A stretch of DNA of 64,000 nucleotides from the NCBI GenBank assembly GCA_044350895.1, contig JBILGT010000001.1:41874-105873 (forward strand). Reading direction: 5' to 3'. The notes below the pieces were generated by a model that had not been told where the DNA came from, searched no databases, and was given only the letters and a program-made list of their open reading frames with translations. Below are positions 26,434 through 36,414 of this stretch, piece by piece (the stretch's first letter is position 1; every line of letters begins with the position of its first letter). Origin of the DNA: Limisphaerales bacterium. GTDB taxonomy: Bacteria > Patescibacteriota > Microgenomatia > UBA1400 > PJMF01. Both the position numbers and the translations under genes were made by a program.

Positions 26434-28322
26434 TGGCATCACTACAAAAAACTATTAACCATAGAATGTATGTTTTACTTGCCCTCACTGTGATGAGTGG
26501 AACACTATTTTTGTTGCGCCTGATTCATCTGCAAATTATTGAGGGAACAAAATTTGAAAGTATGGTTGATGCCAATCGCTTTTTTACAGTAATTCTTCCC
26601 AAAGAACGAGGTGTACTTCTGGATAGATATGGTGAGCAGCTAGTCTACAACGAACCAATCTACTATAAACTTAAAAATCCTGAGCGACTGTATGGTGAAC
26701 AGGTCTTAATTGATCGCAGCGAAGCATTACAGCTTCTTTCAAATTCTGGCGAACACGTTGGCATGGATACGACTCGTTGGTATCCGTCAGGAGCAGCCAG
26801 TGCTCATATTTTGGGATACACAGGCCCGGTGACAGCTGATGATATTGCAGCAGAACCGCGACTTCGTGCTCGAGATTCAATTGGTAAATTCGGTCTAGAG
26901 CGCAAGTATGATGAAATGCTTTCAGGCACGAGTAGTAAAGAAGTGTATGAAGCTAATGCGTTGGGCAAAAAAACACGCTTGGTGACAACATATCCTGGAA
27001 AAACAGGAACATCGCTTACCACCACACTTGATCCATATCTGACTACGATTGCTGCTCAAGCATTGGGAGAAAAAACTGGTGCGGTAGTGATTGAAGATGC
27101 ACAAACAGGAGGCATCTTGGCGTTGGTCAGTACTCCTAGTTTTGATCCAAATATTTTAAGCAAACGTGAAAGTGACCCAGAAAAAGAAAAGCTGCGCAAA
27201 CAAAAAGTAAGTGAGTTTTTTAGTCACCCCAAACAACTGTTTTTTAATCGAGCCTCTGGTGGAGCATATCCACCGGGATCGGTATTTAAGCTGGTGACAT
27301 CCACTGCCGCTTTAGAAACTGGCAGTGTCGATACAAATACAACAGTTCAGGATGAAGGTGTTTTGAAAGTGGGCGAATACTCATATGCCAACTGGTACTA
27401 CTCGCAGTACGGTAGGGTTGAAGGCAGTATTTCACTGCAGCACGCAATTGCACGGAGTAATGATATTTACTTTTATAAAGCAGCTGAGTGGATTGGTCCA
27501 GAGAAACTTTCAGACTTTGCAAAAATTTTTGGTTTTGGTAAAAAAACTGGCATTGAATTGCCAGGCGAGTCAGCAGGATTTGTACCGTCGCCTTCTTGGA
27601 AAGAAGAGAAGCAAGGTGAAAAGTGGTTTTTGGGTAACACCTATCACTTTGGTATCGGACAAGGTGACTTGCTGGTCACTCCACTGCAAGTTGCGCAGAT
27701 GATTCAAGCGATCGCTAACAGAGGAACACTCTGCCAACCCACGATTCTTGCAATGGACACCAAGCAGTGCAAGGGGCTTGGATTGAATGATGACAATTTG
27801 CGAGTAGTGTTGGCTGGTATGCTTGATGCCTGTAGTACTGGTGGAACTGCTTTTCCATTTTTTGAATGGAATACCAAACATATAAAACCTGATCTCGACT
27901 CATATCAATCTTTGCATGAAGGTGCAATTGCCTGTAAAACCGGAACCGCAGAATTTGGCGTGACAACGGGCGATAACAAAAAGAAAACACATGGCTGGTT
28001 TGTGATGGCTCTCAATACTAAAAGTCTGATTGCAGAAGAACTTGCCGCTGCAGATGCCGCAACACCATCTGGCGAGCTTGCGGTAACTTCAGCATTGCCA
28101 GATTATTTAAATCATCAATCCTGGCTGGAACAGGTGAAAGAAGATGGATTCCCAGAAAATATTGTTCTCTCAGTGCTTGTAGAAAGTGATGAAGTGGGAC
28201 CATACCGTGAAGGAAGTCGTGATGCAGCGCCAATTGCCAAAGCAATTGTGGACTGGATGACTGGTGAAACCTTGAAGCCAGTTGTTCCGCTGGTGCCACC
28301 ACCTAATGTGATTGCTGAATAA
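26412..28322 (+). CDS. mrdA: Penicillin-binding protein 2 (peptidoglycan D,D-transpeptidase)
   Basis: SVFK (SxxK), SND in RSNDIYF, and KTGTAE (KTG). N-terminal TM plus dimerisation domain. Confidence 0.8.
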   Translation: MDFARNVMASLQKTINHRMYVLLALTVMSGTLFLLRLIHLQIIEGTKFESMVDANRFFTVILPKERGVLLDRYGEQLVYNEPIYYKLKNPERLYGEQVLIDRSEALQLLSNSGEHVGMDTTRWYPSGAASAHILGYTGPVTADDIAAEPRLRARDSIGKFGLERKYDEMLSGTSSKEVYEANALGKKTRLVTTYPGKTGTSLTTTLDPYLTTIAAQALGEKTGAVVIEDAQTGGILALVSTPSFDPNILSKRESDPEKEKLRKQKVSEFFSHPKQLFFNRASGGAYPPGSVFKLVTSTAALETGSVDTNTTVQDEGVLKVGEYSYANWYYSQYGRVEGSISLQHAIARSNDIYFYKAAEWIGPEKLSDFAKIFGFGKKTGIELPGESAGFVPSPSWKEEKQGEKWFLGNTYHFGIGQGDLLVTPLQVAQMIQAIANRGTLCQPTILAMDTKQCKGLGLNDDNLRVVLAGMLDACSTGGTAFPFFEWNTKHIKPDLDSYQSLHEGAIACKTGTAEFGVTTGDNKKKTHGWFVMALNTKSLIAEELAAADAATPSGELAVTSALPDYLNHQSWLEQVKEDGFPENIVLSVLVESDEVGPYREGSRDAAPIAKAIVDWMTGETLKPVVPLVPPPNVIAE

Positions 28323-29652
28323 GTTTTTTTCGCTCACCATCCCAAAATGAACCTCGTCTGCACAGTACTCCATCAGCTGTTTCAGGGTGTGCCATCAGTC
28401 GTTCGATCGCAATCTCTAAAAGCAGTGTATTCTGTGAGCCTTTAACAAAGAGCAAGTCATCAGGTTTAAGTGTCGTTTTAAGGTATTCGGCAGCCAGATA
28501 TGCATTCACAAACCACCTGACATCAACATTCTTTTCTTTTAAAATAGGAACTGCATATTTGAGCATATACGGTCCAACCAAAACAACCTCGTCAAAGACT
28601 TTGACCGCTTTTTGAGCAATTAGTTCGTGATCTACTTGCGTGACTGAGCCAAGTTCTCGCATGTCGCCCAGTAGGGCTAGCGTGCGCTTACTGTCTATGT
28701 GGGGAATGAGCTCAAAAAAATCGAGTGTTGGTTTGGCTGATGAGTTATATGAACTGTCTAAAATAGTTGCGCCATTGATAGCGGGAATTAAGCTGGCTCG
28801 CCCAGGTGGTAATTTGTAGTTTTTCTCTAGTAATTTACAACATAAGTAAGGAGAAAGGCCGGCGTAAATTCCCACACAGAGTGCTGCCGCAAATGTGCCT
28901 GCATAGTGATGGGGGACAAGGTATTCATTAAGTGAAAGCGTGACTTTTTCTTCTGCAGTGGAAAAAACAATTTGTGTGCCAGCTTTGTTCCAGTTAACTG
29001 CATCGATTTGGATTGTTGCATCATGTTTTTCACCAAATGTCATTAGTTTGGCTTTGGTGGGTGTGGCATTTTCCATCAAGACTGCGCTGTCAGCATTAAG
29101 AACGGCCAGTCCATTTTTTGGAAGTGACTTGGTGAGCTTGCCTTTTTCAGCAGCAATCAGTTGCACAAGGGAATCACGTCGCTCTGCCAAACTTTTCCCC
29201 ACAACCAGATGATCGAATGGTTCAGAATGCACAGCATCTACGCTCGTAAATACACCAATTTCAGGTTGCAGAATGGTGAGCAAATAAGACATATTCTTGG
29301 GAGGAAGGGGACTATCGATACCCATTTCAACAATATAGAAGTCATATTTTTCCCAGTTAGTGAGGAGCTTGAGCGGTGCTTGTATGGCAAGTTTGAGCCA
29401 GCTCAAAAGCGAAAAATTGCTTGGACTTAATCCTAAGATATTGAGTGGAATGCCTGATTCAGAATTGGCTTTTCGCCCCACCTTTATTTTGAATTTCTCC
29501 TGGAGAATTGCCGCAATTGCTTCCATAGTGCTACTTTTACCTGCACTGCCAGTGATGCCGATGATACGTGGCTGAGTTTTAATGAGCTGGATTTGCGCCA
29601 GCAAGCGAAAGTAGGAGAGGAGCAGTGTGGCAAAGATTGTTTTCATGTACAT
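28303..29652 (-). CDS. murF: Mur ligase family protein, MurF-like
   Basis: P-loop IGITGSAGKSST, ILDSSYNSSAKP (MurF IDDSYNANP) and DMRELG. The N-terminal domain is unusually short, with the P-loop near residue 33. Confidence 0.6.
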   Translation of the reverse strand: MYMKTIFATLLLSYFRLLAQIQLIKTQPRIIGITGSAGKSSTMEAIAAILQEKFKIKVGRKANSESGIPLNILGLSPSNFSLLSWLKLAIQAPLKLLTNWEKYDFYIVEMGIDSPLPPKNMSYLLTILQPEIGVFTSVDAVHSEPFDHLVVGKSLAERRDSLVQLIAAEKGKLTKSLPKNGLAVLNADSAVLMENATPTKAKLMTFGEKHDATIQIDAVNWNKAGTQIVFSTAEEKVTLSLNEYLVPHHYAGTFAAALCVGIYAGLSPYLCCKLLEKNYKLPPGRASLIPAINGATILDSSYNSSAKPTLDFFELIPHIDSKRTLALLGDMRELGSVTQVDHELIAQKAVKVFDEVVLVGPYMLKYAVPILKEKNVDVRWFVNAYLAAEYLKTTLKPDDLLFVKGSQNTLLLEIAIERLMAHPETADGVLCRRGSFWDGERKKLIQQSH

Positions 29653-29661
29653 GTATTAGAT

Positions 29662-29928
29662 TTACTTACCGTCTTTTGATTTGGGCCGTAAAATATTATT
29701 GACGGCACTCATCAGATCAAATTTCGCTTGTGTATGGATTTCTGGAGTGTAGTTTGGGGTTCCAAATTTTTCCTGATAGTATTGTTCCACTGCAGCTTTT
29801 GTCTCTGCAGTAGTAGCTACATCTTTTCCCAGCTTCTCAAGTTCAGCTGGAGATAATTTGTCCAGGTCTTCCTTTGAAAATGCAAATTTTTTTCCTTCGC
29901 CTGGTTTTTCTACCATGAGTACTTTCAC
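29662..29928 (-). CDS. Hypothetical small protein
   Basis: 88-aa charged helical ORF. Confidence 0.35.
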   Translation of the reverse strand: MKVLMVEKPGEGKKFAFSKEDLDKLSPAELEKLGKDVATTAETKAAVEQYYQEKFGTPNYTPEIHTQAKFDLMSAVNNILRPKSKDGK

Positions 29929-29983
29929 ATACTGGTGCCTTCATTCTACGTTTTATGCAAGGTATGTACTGTAATCTTACCGC

Positions 29984-31093
29984 ATGGATACTCTGGAAAG
30001 CAAATCTTTAGCAGCATTAGTGAGCATAGAAGGCATTGGACAGCGAACAGTGGCAAGTCTTTGCACTGACCTCCACGCTCAAAATATTTCGTGGGAAGAG
30101 TTTTGGGAGTCAGGCGCAACATTATGGAAAAATTATGCAATTTTGGAAAATAAGATAGATAGCATAGAAAAATTTATAAAAGAACAAACAATGGAGACAT
30201 ATTATGAAAAACTAAAAACCCGAAACATTCGGGTAATTACAAAAGACTCATCTGAGTATCCACCACTGCTCAAGGAAGTGGAAAATGGACCAGTAGTGCT
30301 GTTCGCGCAGGGCTCACCAATGGAGTGGACAGCGAGTGTCCCAATCGCAGTAGTTGGCACACGGCATATGACCGCCTATGGCAAACTTGTCACTGAGAAA
30401 ATTGCTCGAGAATTGGTATGTGCTGGCGCCCAGATTATTTCTGGATTTATGTATGGAGTGGATACCTGTGCACACCTTACGGCATTAGAGAATCAAGGAA
30501 AAACTGTTGGAGTACTGGGATTCGGTTTTGACTATATGTATCCTTCCAGTCACAAAAAAGTTTTTAGACAATGTCTCGAGAATGGAATGAGCTTTGTTAC
30601 GCCATTTGCGCCAGCAGTGCAACCAAATAAAGGAAATTTTCCTGCCCGGAATGCCATCGTTGCTGGCATGAGTGCTGCTGTTGTAGTGACAGAGGCAGCA
30701 GAAAAAAGTGGCACACATATCACAGCTGGTTTTGCCGCAGATTTTGGAAGAACTGTCTGTGCGGTGCCCGGGCCCATTACCAGTCCGTATAGTGCGGGGA
30801 CAAAGTCATTAGTTAACCAAGGCGCAGTGTTGGTGAGTTCAGGAAGTGAAGTTTTGGAAAGTTTGGGTTTGAGCCATAGTAAAACGTTTGGTTTGTCTAC
30901 AACCGCTGTCCAGAGCTTTTCAGAAAAGGAAACTCTGATTATTAAAATCTTACGTTCGTCTGGTGGCCAGTCGCTCAATAATCTCCTGGTAATAACTAAA
31001 TTACCACCGGCTGAATTACTGACAGTTATTACAGAACTTGAACTGAAACAGCAGATTGCCAGAGAAGGCGATACATGGATGATTTGCTCGTAA
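29984..31093 (+). CDS. dprA: DNA processing protein DprA (Smf)
   Basis: Rossmann-like GTRHMTAYG...SGFMYGVD...NFPARNAIVAGMS...GTHITAGFAADFGRTVCAVPG. Confidence 0.85.
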   Translation: MDTLESKSLAALVSIEGIGQRTVASLCTDLHAQNISWEEFWESGATLWKNYAILENKIDSIEKFIKEQTMETYYEKLKTRNIRVITKDSSEYPPLLKEVENGPVVLFAQGSPMEWTASVPIAVVGTRHMTAYGKLVTEKIARELVCAGAQIISGFMYGVDTCAHLTALENQGKTVGVLGFGFDYMYPSSHKKVFRQCLENGMSFVTPFAPAVQPNKGNFPARNAIVAGMSAAVVVTEAAEKSGTHITAGFAADFGRTVCAVPGPITSPYSAGTKSLVNQGAVLVSSGSEVLESLGLSHSKTFGLSTTAVQSFSEKETLIIKILRSSGGQSLNNLLVITKLPPAELLTVITELELKQQIAREGDTWMICS

Positions 31094-31141
31094 CAATAGA
31101 AAATATGGTAGACTGCCCACTATTCTTACTAACAAATTCGT

Positions 31142-33358
31142 GTGGTATCATCTTGCAATATGAACTTAGTAATCGTGGAATCACCAACAAAAGCCCGAAA
31201 GTTGCGCAGTTATCTCAGTAGTGACTACGTGATTGAGGCGTCTGTGGGACACATCAGAGACTTGCCAAAAGGTAAGATGGGTGTCGATGTGGAGCACAAT
31301 TTTGAGCCCACCTACGAAATCAGTGAAGACAAGAAAAAAGTAATTACTTTGCTCAAGAAGTCAGCCAAAACTGCCGATATTATTTATCTCGCAACTGACC
31401 CTGACCGTGAAGGTGAAGCTATTGCGTGGCATCTTTCTCAATCACTGGGTGATATCAAGAAAGATAAGTTCAAACGTGCCACATTCCATGAAATTACCAA
31501 AGGTGCTGTTTTGGATGCAATCAATAACCCGAGTCAACTGAAAATGGATCTGGTTGATGCACAACAAGCACGCCGGGTGGTAGATCGGTTAGTGGGATAT
31601 GAAGTTTCTCCAGTTTTGTGGAAGAAAATCCGTCGTGGCTTATCTGCAGGAAGAGTGCAATCTGTGGCACTTCGCTTGATTGTCGAGCGCGAACGCGAAA
31701 TTGCTGCTTTTATTCCAGAAGAGTACTGGGAAGTTGATGTTGCACTTTCAAAAGCTGGTAATTCAGGTGCTGGGGACGCTCAAATTTTTATAGAAGGCAA
31801 ACCAGTCGAGAACTTACCCGACGGTGTATTTGTGGCGCGTGTCATTGAAATCAACAAGAAAAAATACGAGCCAAAGCTAGAATCTGACGTTGCTCCAATA
31901 GTTGCAGAGCTTGATTCTGCTCAATACAAAATTGACTCAGTTGAGCGAAAAGAGCGGACAAGAAGCAGTTTGCCTCCATTTACAACCTCAACTCTCCAAC
32001 AAGCTGCAGCCAACCGTCTGGGCATGAGTAGTAAACAAACCATGCGCCTGGCCCAAGATATGTACGAAGAAGGGTTGATTACCTACCACCGTACTGACGC
32101 TGTTAATTTATCCACCCAAGCAATTGGTATGGCACGCAGTTATATCGAGAAAACATTTGGAAAAGAGTACTTACCAGCTCAACCACGCGCATTTGCCAAT
32201 AAATCAAAAAACGCCCAAGAAGCTCACGAAGCAATTCGTGTCACTGATGTCTATGTCTCAGCAAATAAAGTAGGAACACTGGGTGGAAAAATGTCTGAGC
32301 GTCATGCCAAACTCTATGATTTGATCTGGCGTCGTTTCTTGGCAAGTCAATTACCATCTGCAGTCTATGACCAAACAACAATCACTGTTGAAGCCAAAAT
32401 GACTACTGATGTGGCTACTTTGCGAAGTAGTGGCTCAATTTTGAAATTTGATGGTTGGCTCAAGCTCTTCCCAGACAGAGAAGACACCATTTTGCCATCA
32501 CTCGAAAAGGGAGAAGTTGTTGATTTTAGAGAAAAAAATGCAGCACAAAAATTTACACAGCCACCTCCAAGATACAACGATGCATCACTGGTCAAGCAAC
32601 TCGAGCAACAAGGTATTGGTCGTCCGAGTACCTACGCCAGTATTATCTCTGTGATAGAAGATCGCGGATATGTCGAGCGGGACGCCAAGCGTTTTGTAGC
32701 ATCAGCAATTGGTATGACAGTCAGTGACTTCTTACTCCAACACTTCCCGGTATTTATGGAGTATCAATTCACTGCCGAAATGGAAGAGGACTTAGACAGA
32801 ATTTCTCGAGGAGAGAAGAACTGGGTCAAAGTTGTTGCCGATTTTTATAAACCATTCCACGAAAAAATTGCCGCCGCAGGTGATGCTGATCGAGCTCAGG
32901 TTCCAGTAGAAAAAACAGGCGAAAAATGTCCGAAGTGTGGTGATTTACCAGAAGGTGGCGGAGAAATAGTCATTAGATCTGGCCGATACGGCAAGTTTAA
33001 GAGCTGTAGTCGTTTCCCTGAGTGTGACTTTACTGAAAATATTGTCGACAAAGTAGAAGGTGTGGTTTGTCCGTTGTGCCAAACAGGTGAAGTGATCGCA
33101 CGAAAATCTCGTTGGGGCAAGGAATTCTTTGGCTGTGCAAGATATCCAGAATGTGACTGGGCTAGTTGGAAGAAGCCAGAGGTAGGTATGGTGGTAACCG
33201 CGGAAGAATGGAAGGCACAACAGGCTATCAGAAAAGAAAAAGCTGCGAAGCGTGCCAAGGTCATGGAGATGGAAAAAGAAAAAATGGCAAAAGTTGCACC
33301 GAAAAAAACAGCGAAAAAAGCTGGTGGACGAGCTAAAAAAACTTCTAAGAAATCGTAG
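31142..33358 (+). CDS. topA: DNA topoisomerase I
   Basis: TOPRIM LVIVESPTKARK, YHRTD around the active-site Tyr, and C-terminal zinc ribbons (CPKCG, CPLCQ, CDWASW). The start is probably MNLVIV at 31160. Confidence 0.9.
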   Translation: MVSSCNMNLVIVESPTKARKLRSYLSSDYVIEASVGHIRDLPKGKMGVDVEHNFEPTYEISEDKKKVITLLKKSAKTADIIYLATDPDREGEAIAWHLSQSLGDIKKDKFKRATFHEITKGAVLDAINNPSQLKMDLVDAQQARRVVDRLVGYEVSPVLWKKIRRGLSAGRVQSVALRLIVEREREIAAFIPEEYWEVDVALSKAGNSGAGDAQIFIEGKPVENLPDGVFVARVIEINKKKYEPKLESDVAPIVAELDSAQYKIDSVERKERTRSSLPPFTTSTLQQAAANRLGMSSKQTMRLAQDMYEEGLITYHRTDAVNLSTQAIGMARSYIEKTFGKEYLPAQPRAFANKSKNAQEAHEAIRVTDVYVSANKVGTLGGKMSERHAKLYDLIWRRFLASQLPSAVYDQTTITVEAKMTTDVATLRSSGSILKFDGWLKLFPDREDTILPSLEKGEVVDFREKNAAQKFTQPPPRYNDASLVKQLEQQGIGRPSTYASIISVIEDRGYVERDAKRFVASAIGMTVSDFLLQHFPVFMEYQFTAEMEEDLDRISRGEKNWVKVVADFYKPFHEKIAAAGDADRAQVPVEKTGEKCPKCGDLPEGGGEIVIRSGRYGKFKSCSRFPECDFTENIVDKVEGVVCPLCQTGEVIARKSRWGKEFFGCARYPECDWASWKKPEVGMVVTAEEWKAQQAIRKEKAAKRAKVMEMEKEKMAKVAPKKTAKKAGGRAKKTSKKS

Positions 33359-33421
33359 CATAATCACTATATTCCACAAGGCAGTTGAAGCAACCAAAAA
33401 AATATAATATGCTGCATCCTC

Positions 33422-33982
33422 ATGCAAATCACACTTTTTGGTGGCACCTTTGATCCTCCACATCTTGGACATAGTAGTATTGCAGCGGCTCTGCTCAAGA
33501 AGGGGCTTGCTGACGAAGTTTGGTTTGTGCCAGTTGGTGAACATGCATTTGAAAAAAAATTCTCTCCTGCACAGCATCGTCTAGCCATGTTGGAGTTAAT
33601 TTTGGAGCCACAGCAAAAAATAGAACAGTATGAACTTGAACAGTCAGGTATGAGTATTACCTATGAAACGCTTAAGGCACTTTCCAAAAAATATCCAGAG
33701 CACACTTTTTCGTTCGTGATTGGGTCAGATAATTTGGCTCGGTTTCATGAGTGGCATGATTTTACAGAAATGCTTGCTGAGTTCAAATTTTTTGTCTATC
33801 CGCGCGAAGGCTTTGCTTTGGAACCACTATATCAAGGCATGCAGGTGATTGAAGGGGTAGAACCAGTTAATATTTCTTCAACTGAAGTGCGGAAACGTAT
33901 TCAAACAATGGGATCAATTACTGAACTGGTGAAACCCGCAGTTGCGCAGTATATTCAAGCGCAGCAGCTGTATGTACTATAA
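33422..33982 (+). CDS. nadD: Nicotinate-nucleotide adenylyltransferase
   Basis: ITLFGGTFDPPHLGHSS (GGTFDPxHxGH). Confidence 0.85.
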   Translation: MQITLFGGTFDPPHLGHSSIAAALLKKGLADEVWFVPVGEHAFEKKFSPAQHRLAMLELILEPQQKIEQYELEQSGMSITYETLKALSKKYPEHTFSFVIGSDNLARFHEWHDFTEMLAEFKFFVYPREGFALEPLYQGMQVIEGVEPVNISSTEVRKRIQTMGSITELVKPAVAQYIQAQQLYVL

Positions 33983-34127
33983 AAATATAGCTCTTTAGGA
34001 TACGGCAGGCTCGAATTCCTGCCTTGCTCGTTTCGCTATACAAGATCTATTGTAGAATTCAGTATGCAGTGACGCTCATCCGACAATCCTGCAGAACTAT
34101 ATTTTTACAGTACAAACCAACATATTT

Positions 34128-34949
34128 ATGAAACTAGAATATCCAGACAAAGTAATTACAGAAATTGTACAATTTTTGCAGAAAAAATTTGAACAAACAG
34201 GCAAAAAAAATGGTGTAATCGCAGTTTCTGGTGGAATTGATTCAGCACTTTCTACGACACTTTTGGTCAAAGCGCTGGGGGCACAACACGTGTACCCAAT
34301 TATGCTTCCCTACAAAAATCAAAGTACTGTCGATTCTGAATTAATTTGTACCTGGAATAAAATCCCACGTAAAAATTGGCGAGTTGTGAATATTGAAGGC
34401 TTTGTAATGGCTGCCGAGAAAGTTTTGCCTGGTGTAGAAAAAGATAAAATGCGCCTGGGCAACTTGATGGCGCGTTCACGCATGCTCGTGGTATTTGACC
34501 GTGCCAAAGAATTTGATGCACTGGTATGCGGCACAGAAAATAAATCTGAAAAATACTTAGGCTACTTCACTCGATTCGGTGACGAAGCCAGTGATCTGGA
34601 GCCGATCATCAGCCTCTACAAAACACAGGTGCGTCAGCTCGTTGAATTGCTTGAAATGCCCAAGGCATTTTTGGAAAAAGCGCCCAGTGCCGAACTTTGG
34701 GAAGAGCAAACTGATGAAACAGAACTAGGATTTTCGTATGCAGAGGCAGATGCCGTTTTTCAAATATTAATTGAAAAACAAATGGGCAAGCTGTATGTGC
34801 AGCTGATAGAAGGTGACCGAACAGCAGCGGTTGCCAAAGAGATTCATGAACAACTTCCTGATATTGCACTCAAGCAAATCACTGCTATTTTGCAGCAGGT
34901 ACAGCGGCAACAATTCAAGCACGAAGTACCCTATACATTTGATATGTAG
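34128..34949 (+). CDS. nadE: NH3-dependent NAD+ synthetase
   Basis: PP-loop AVSGGIDSALS. Overall NadE-like. Confidence 0.8.
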   Translation: MKLEYPDKVITEIVQFLQKKFEQTGKKNGVIAVSGGIDSALSTTLLVKALGAQHVYPIMLPYKNQSTVDSELICTWNKIPRKNWRVVNIEGFVMAAEKVLPGVEKDKMRLGNLMARSRMLVVFDRAKEFDALVCGTENKSEKYLGYFTRFGDEASDLEPIISLYKTQVRQLVELLEMPKAFLEKAPSAELWEEQTDETELGFSYAEADAVFQILIEKQMGKLYVQLIEGDRTAAVAKEIHEQLPDIALKQITAILQQVQRQQFKHEVPYTFDM

Positions 34950-35010
34950 GCTTTTTCTCGTTGTCAGTAACGCAAAAAATTGGTATAACATTTTCGCGAA
35001 AGGTAGTTAT

Positions 35011-35442
35011 ATGGGACGAAGTCTAACAGTAGAACAAGGTGGAATGAATGGAGCAGAAGTGGATGATTCACAGCTCTCTTTAGGGGGTGCACAAGCACAC
35101 TTATTGCTTGAGTTTTTCCATGATAAAGAAGCTGAAGTTAGTGGCATGGATAAAGTTGCAGAACGTTTGAGAAGAGCTGCATTTGAGACTCTTTTTACCG
35201 CATTCACCAATGAAACACTCTCTGCATATTTGAGACAAGAACTCAAAGGCGTTGTAGATATAACTACACCAGTTATTACCATACCATCACGACCCACTTT
35301 TTCGCCTGAGGCGCAGGTTGTTGAAGTGACTCTTGGAAATCGTATGGCGCAAGAACAAGCATTTACAGTTTGTTTTGTGCAGATTGATGCATTTAGTTGT
35401 GTCTATGTCTTTCCATGGGCAGGACCTGCTGATAACTCTTAA
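35011..35442 (+). CDS. Hypothetical protein
   Basis: ATG at 35011 with an AAAGGTAG RBS. The track ORF begins at 34813 and overlaps the nadE 3' end. Confidence 0.4.
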   Translation: MGRSLTVEQGGMNGAEVDDSQLSLGGAQAHLLLEFFHDKEAEVSGMDKVAERLRRAAFETLFTAFTNETLSAYLRQELKGVVDITTPVITIPSRPTFSPEAQVVEVTLGNRMAQEQAFTVCFVQIDAFSCVYVFPWAGPADNS

Positions 35443-35478
35443 TTGCTTTTCGAACCACCACTTGCTATAACTTTTTAC

Positions 35479-36390
35479 ATGAAGCCATACTCAGAACGTA
35501 CTCCCGACGAACAGTACAAGGATATCTTGCGAAAAATCGTGGAAGAAGGTGTTCGTGTTCCTTCTCAACAAGGTACTGATGCACTGATGTATATGGCACC
35601 GGGCTCAATGCATTTTAAACTTGAAAATGGTTTCCCAATGCTCACTGAGCGCAATCTTGCCCCAAAAGAAAATGAACGCTTGAAGGTGACAATTTGGCGC
35701 CAGGCAGTAGCGGAAATTATTGGATTCATCAATGGTGCTCGGACTCTCAAACAACTAGAGGAATTTGGGTGCTATTGGTGGGAACCATGGGGCACTGAAG
35801 CCAAGTGCAAGAAGCGCGGACTTGAAACAGGAGACTTAGGCCCAGGTTCATATGGTGCAGCATTCCATGATTTTCCAACTAGTGAAGGTGAGTCATTTAA
35901 TCAATTTAAAACGATTGTGGAACAGATCAAACAAGAGCCACAATTGAGAACACACTTTGTAACGCCATGGATTCCACAGTACACCGCACGAGTAGAAGGA
36001 CGTACTCAAAAAGTGGTAGTTTGCCCGTGTCATGGGTGGATTCACCTTCGCGTTGTGGATAATAAATTGACGCTGCATATGATGCAACGTTCTGGAGATG
36101 TACCTGTGGGCGTACCTGCAAACATGGTGCAGTATTCAGCACTTTTGATGATGATTGCACAAGCCACAGGTCTTGAAGCTTACGAGTATATTCACACAAT
36201 TTCTGATGCGCATATTTATGTTGATCAACTTGATGCAGTCAAACTAATACTAGAACGTGAATCTCGACCATTCCCAACAATGACTTTGAAAACCAAAAAT
36301 ACAGATCTTTTTAAATTCCGTCACACTGATTTTGAACTCAGTGACTATAATCCACACCCTGGAATCAAAAATATCCCAGTGGCGATTTAA
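35479..36390 (+). CDS. thyA: Thymidylate synthase (ThyA family, divergent)
   Basis: VVCPCHGW (catalytic PCH), DNKLTLHMMQRSGDVPVGVPANMVQYSALL (ThyA DGKLSCQLYQRSxDxFLGxPFNIASYALL). Asn is retained in the PANM motif. Confidence 0.7.
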   Translation: MKPYSERTPDEQYKDILRKIVEEGVRVPSQQGTDALMYMAPGSMHFKLENGFPMLTERNLAPKENERLKVTIWRQAVAEIIGFINGARTLKQLEEFGCYWWEPWGTEAKCKKRGLETGDLGPGSYGAAFHDFPTSEGESFNQFKTIVEQIKQEPQLRTHFVTPWIPQYTARVEGRTQKVVVCPCHGWIHLRVVDNKLTLHMMQRSGDVPVGVPANMVQYSALLMMIAQATGLEAYEYIHTISDAHIYVDQLDAVKLILERESRPFPTMTLKTKNTDLFKFRHTDFELSDYNPHPGIKNIPVAI

Positions 36391-36414
36391 AGTTTCTCTA
36401 GATATGATGATTGA

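Noticed and set aside
34813-35010. Upstream extension of the ORF called at 34813, overlapping the nadE 3' end
   Set aside because: The overlap with nadE is in another frame. A proper ATG with an RBS occurs at 35011, so the upstream part is treated as spurious.
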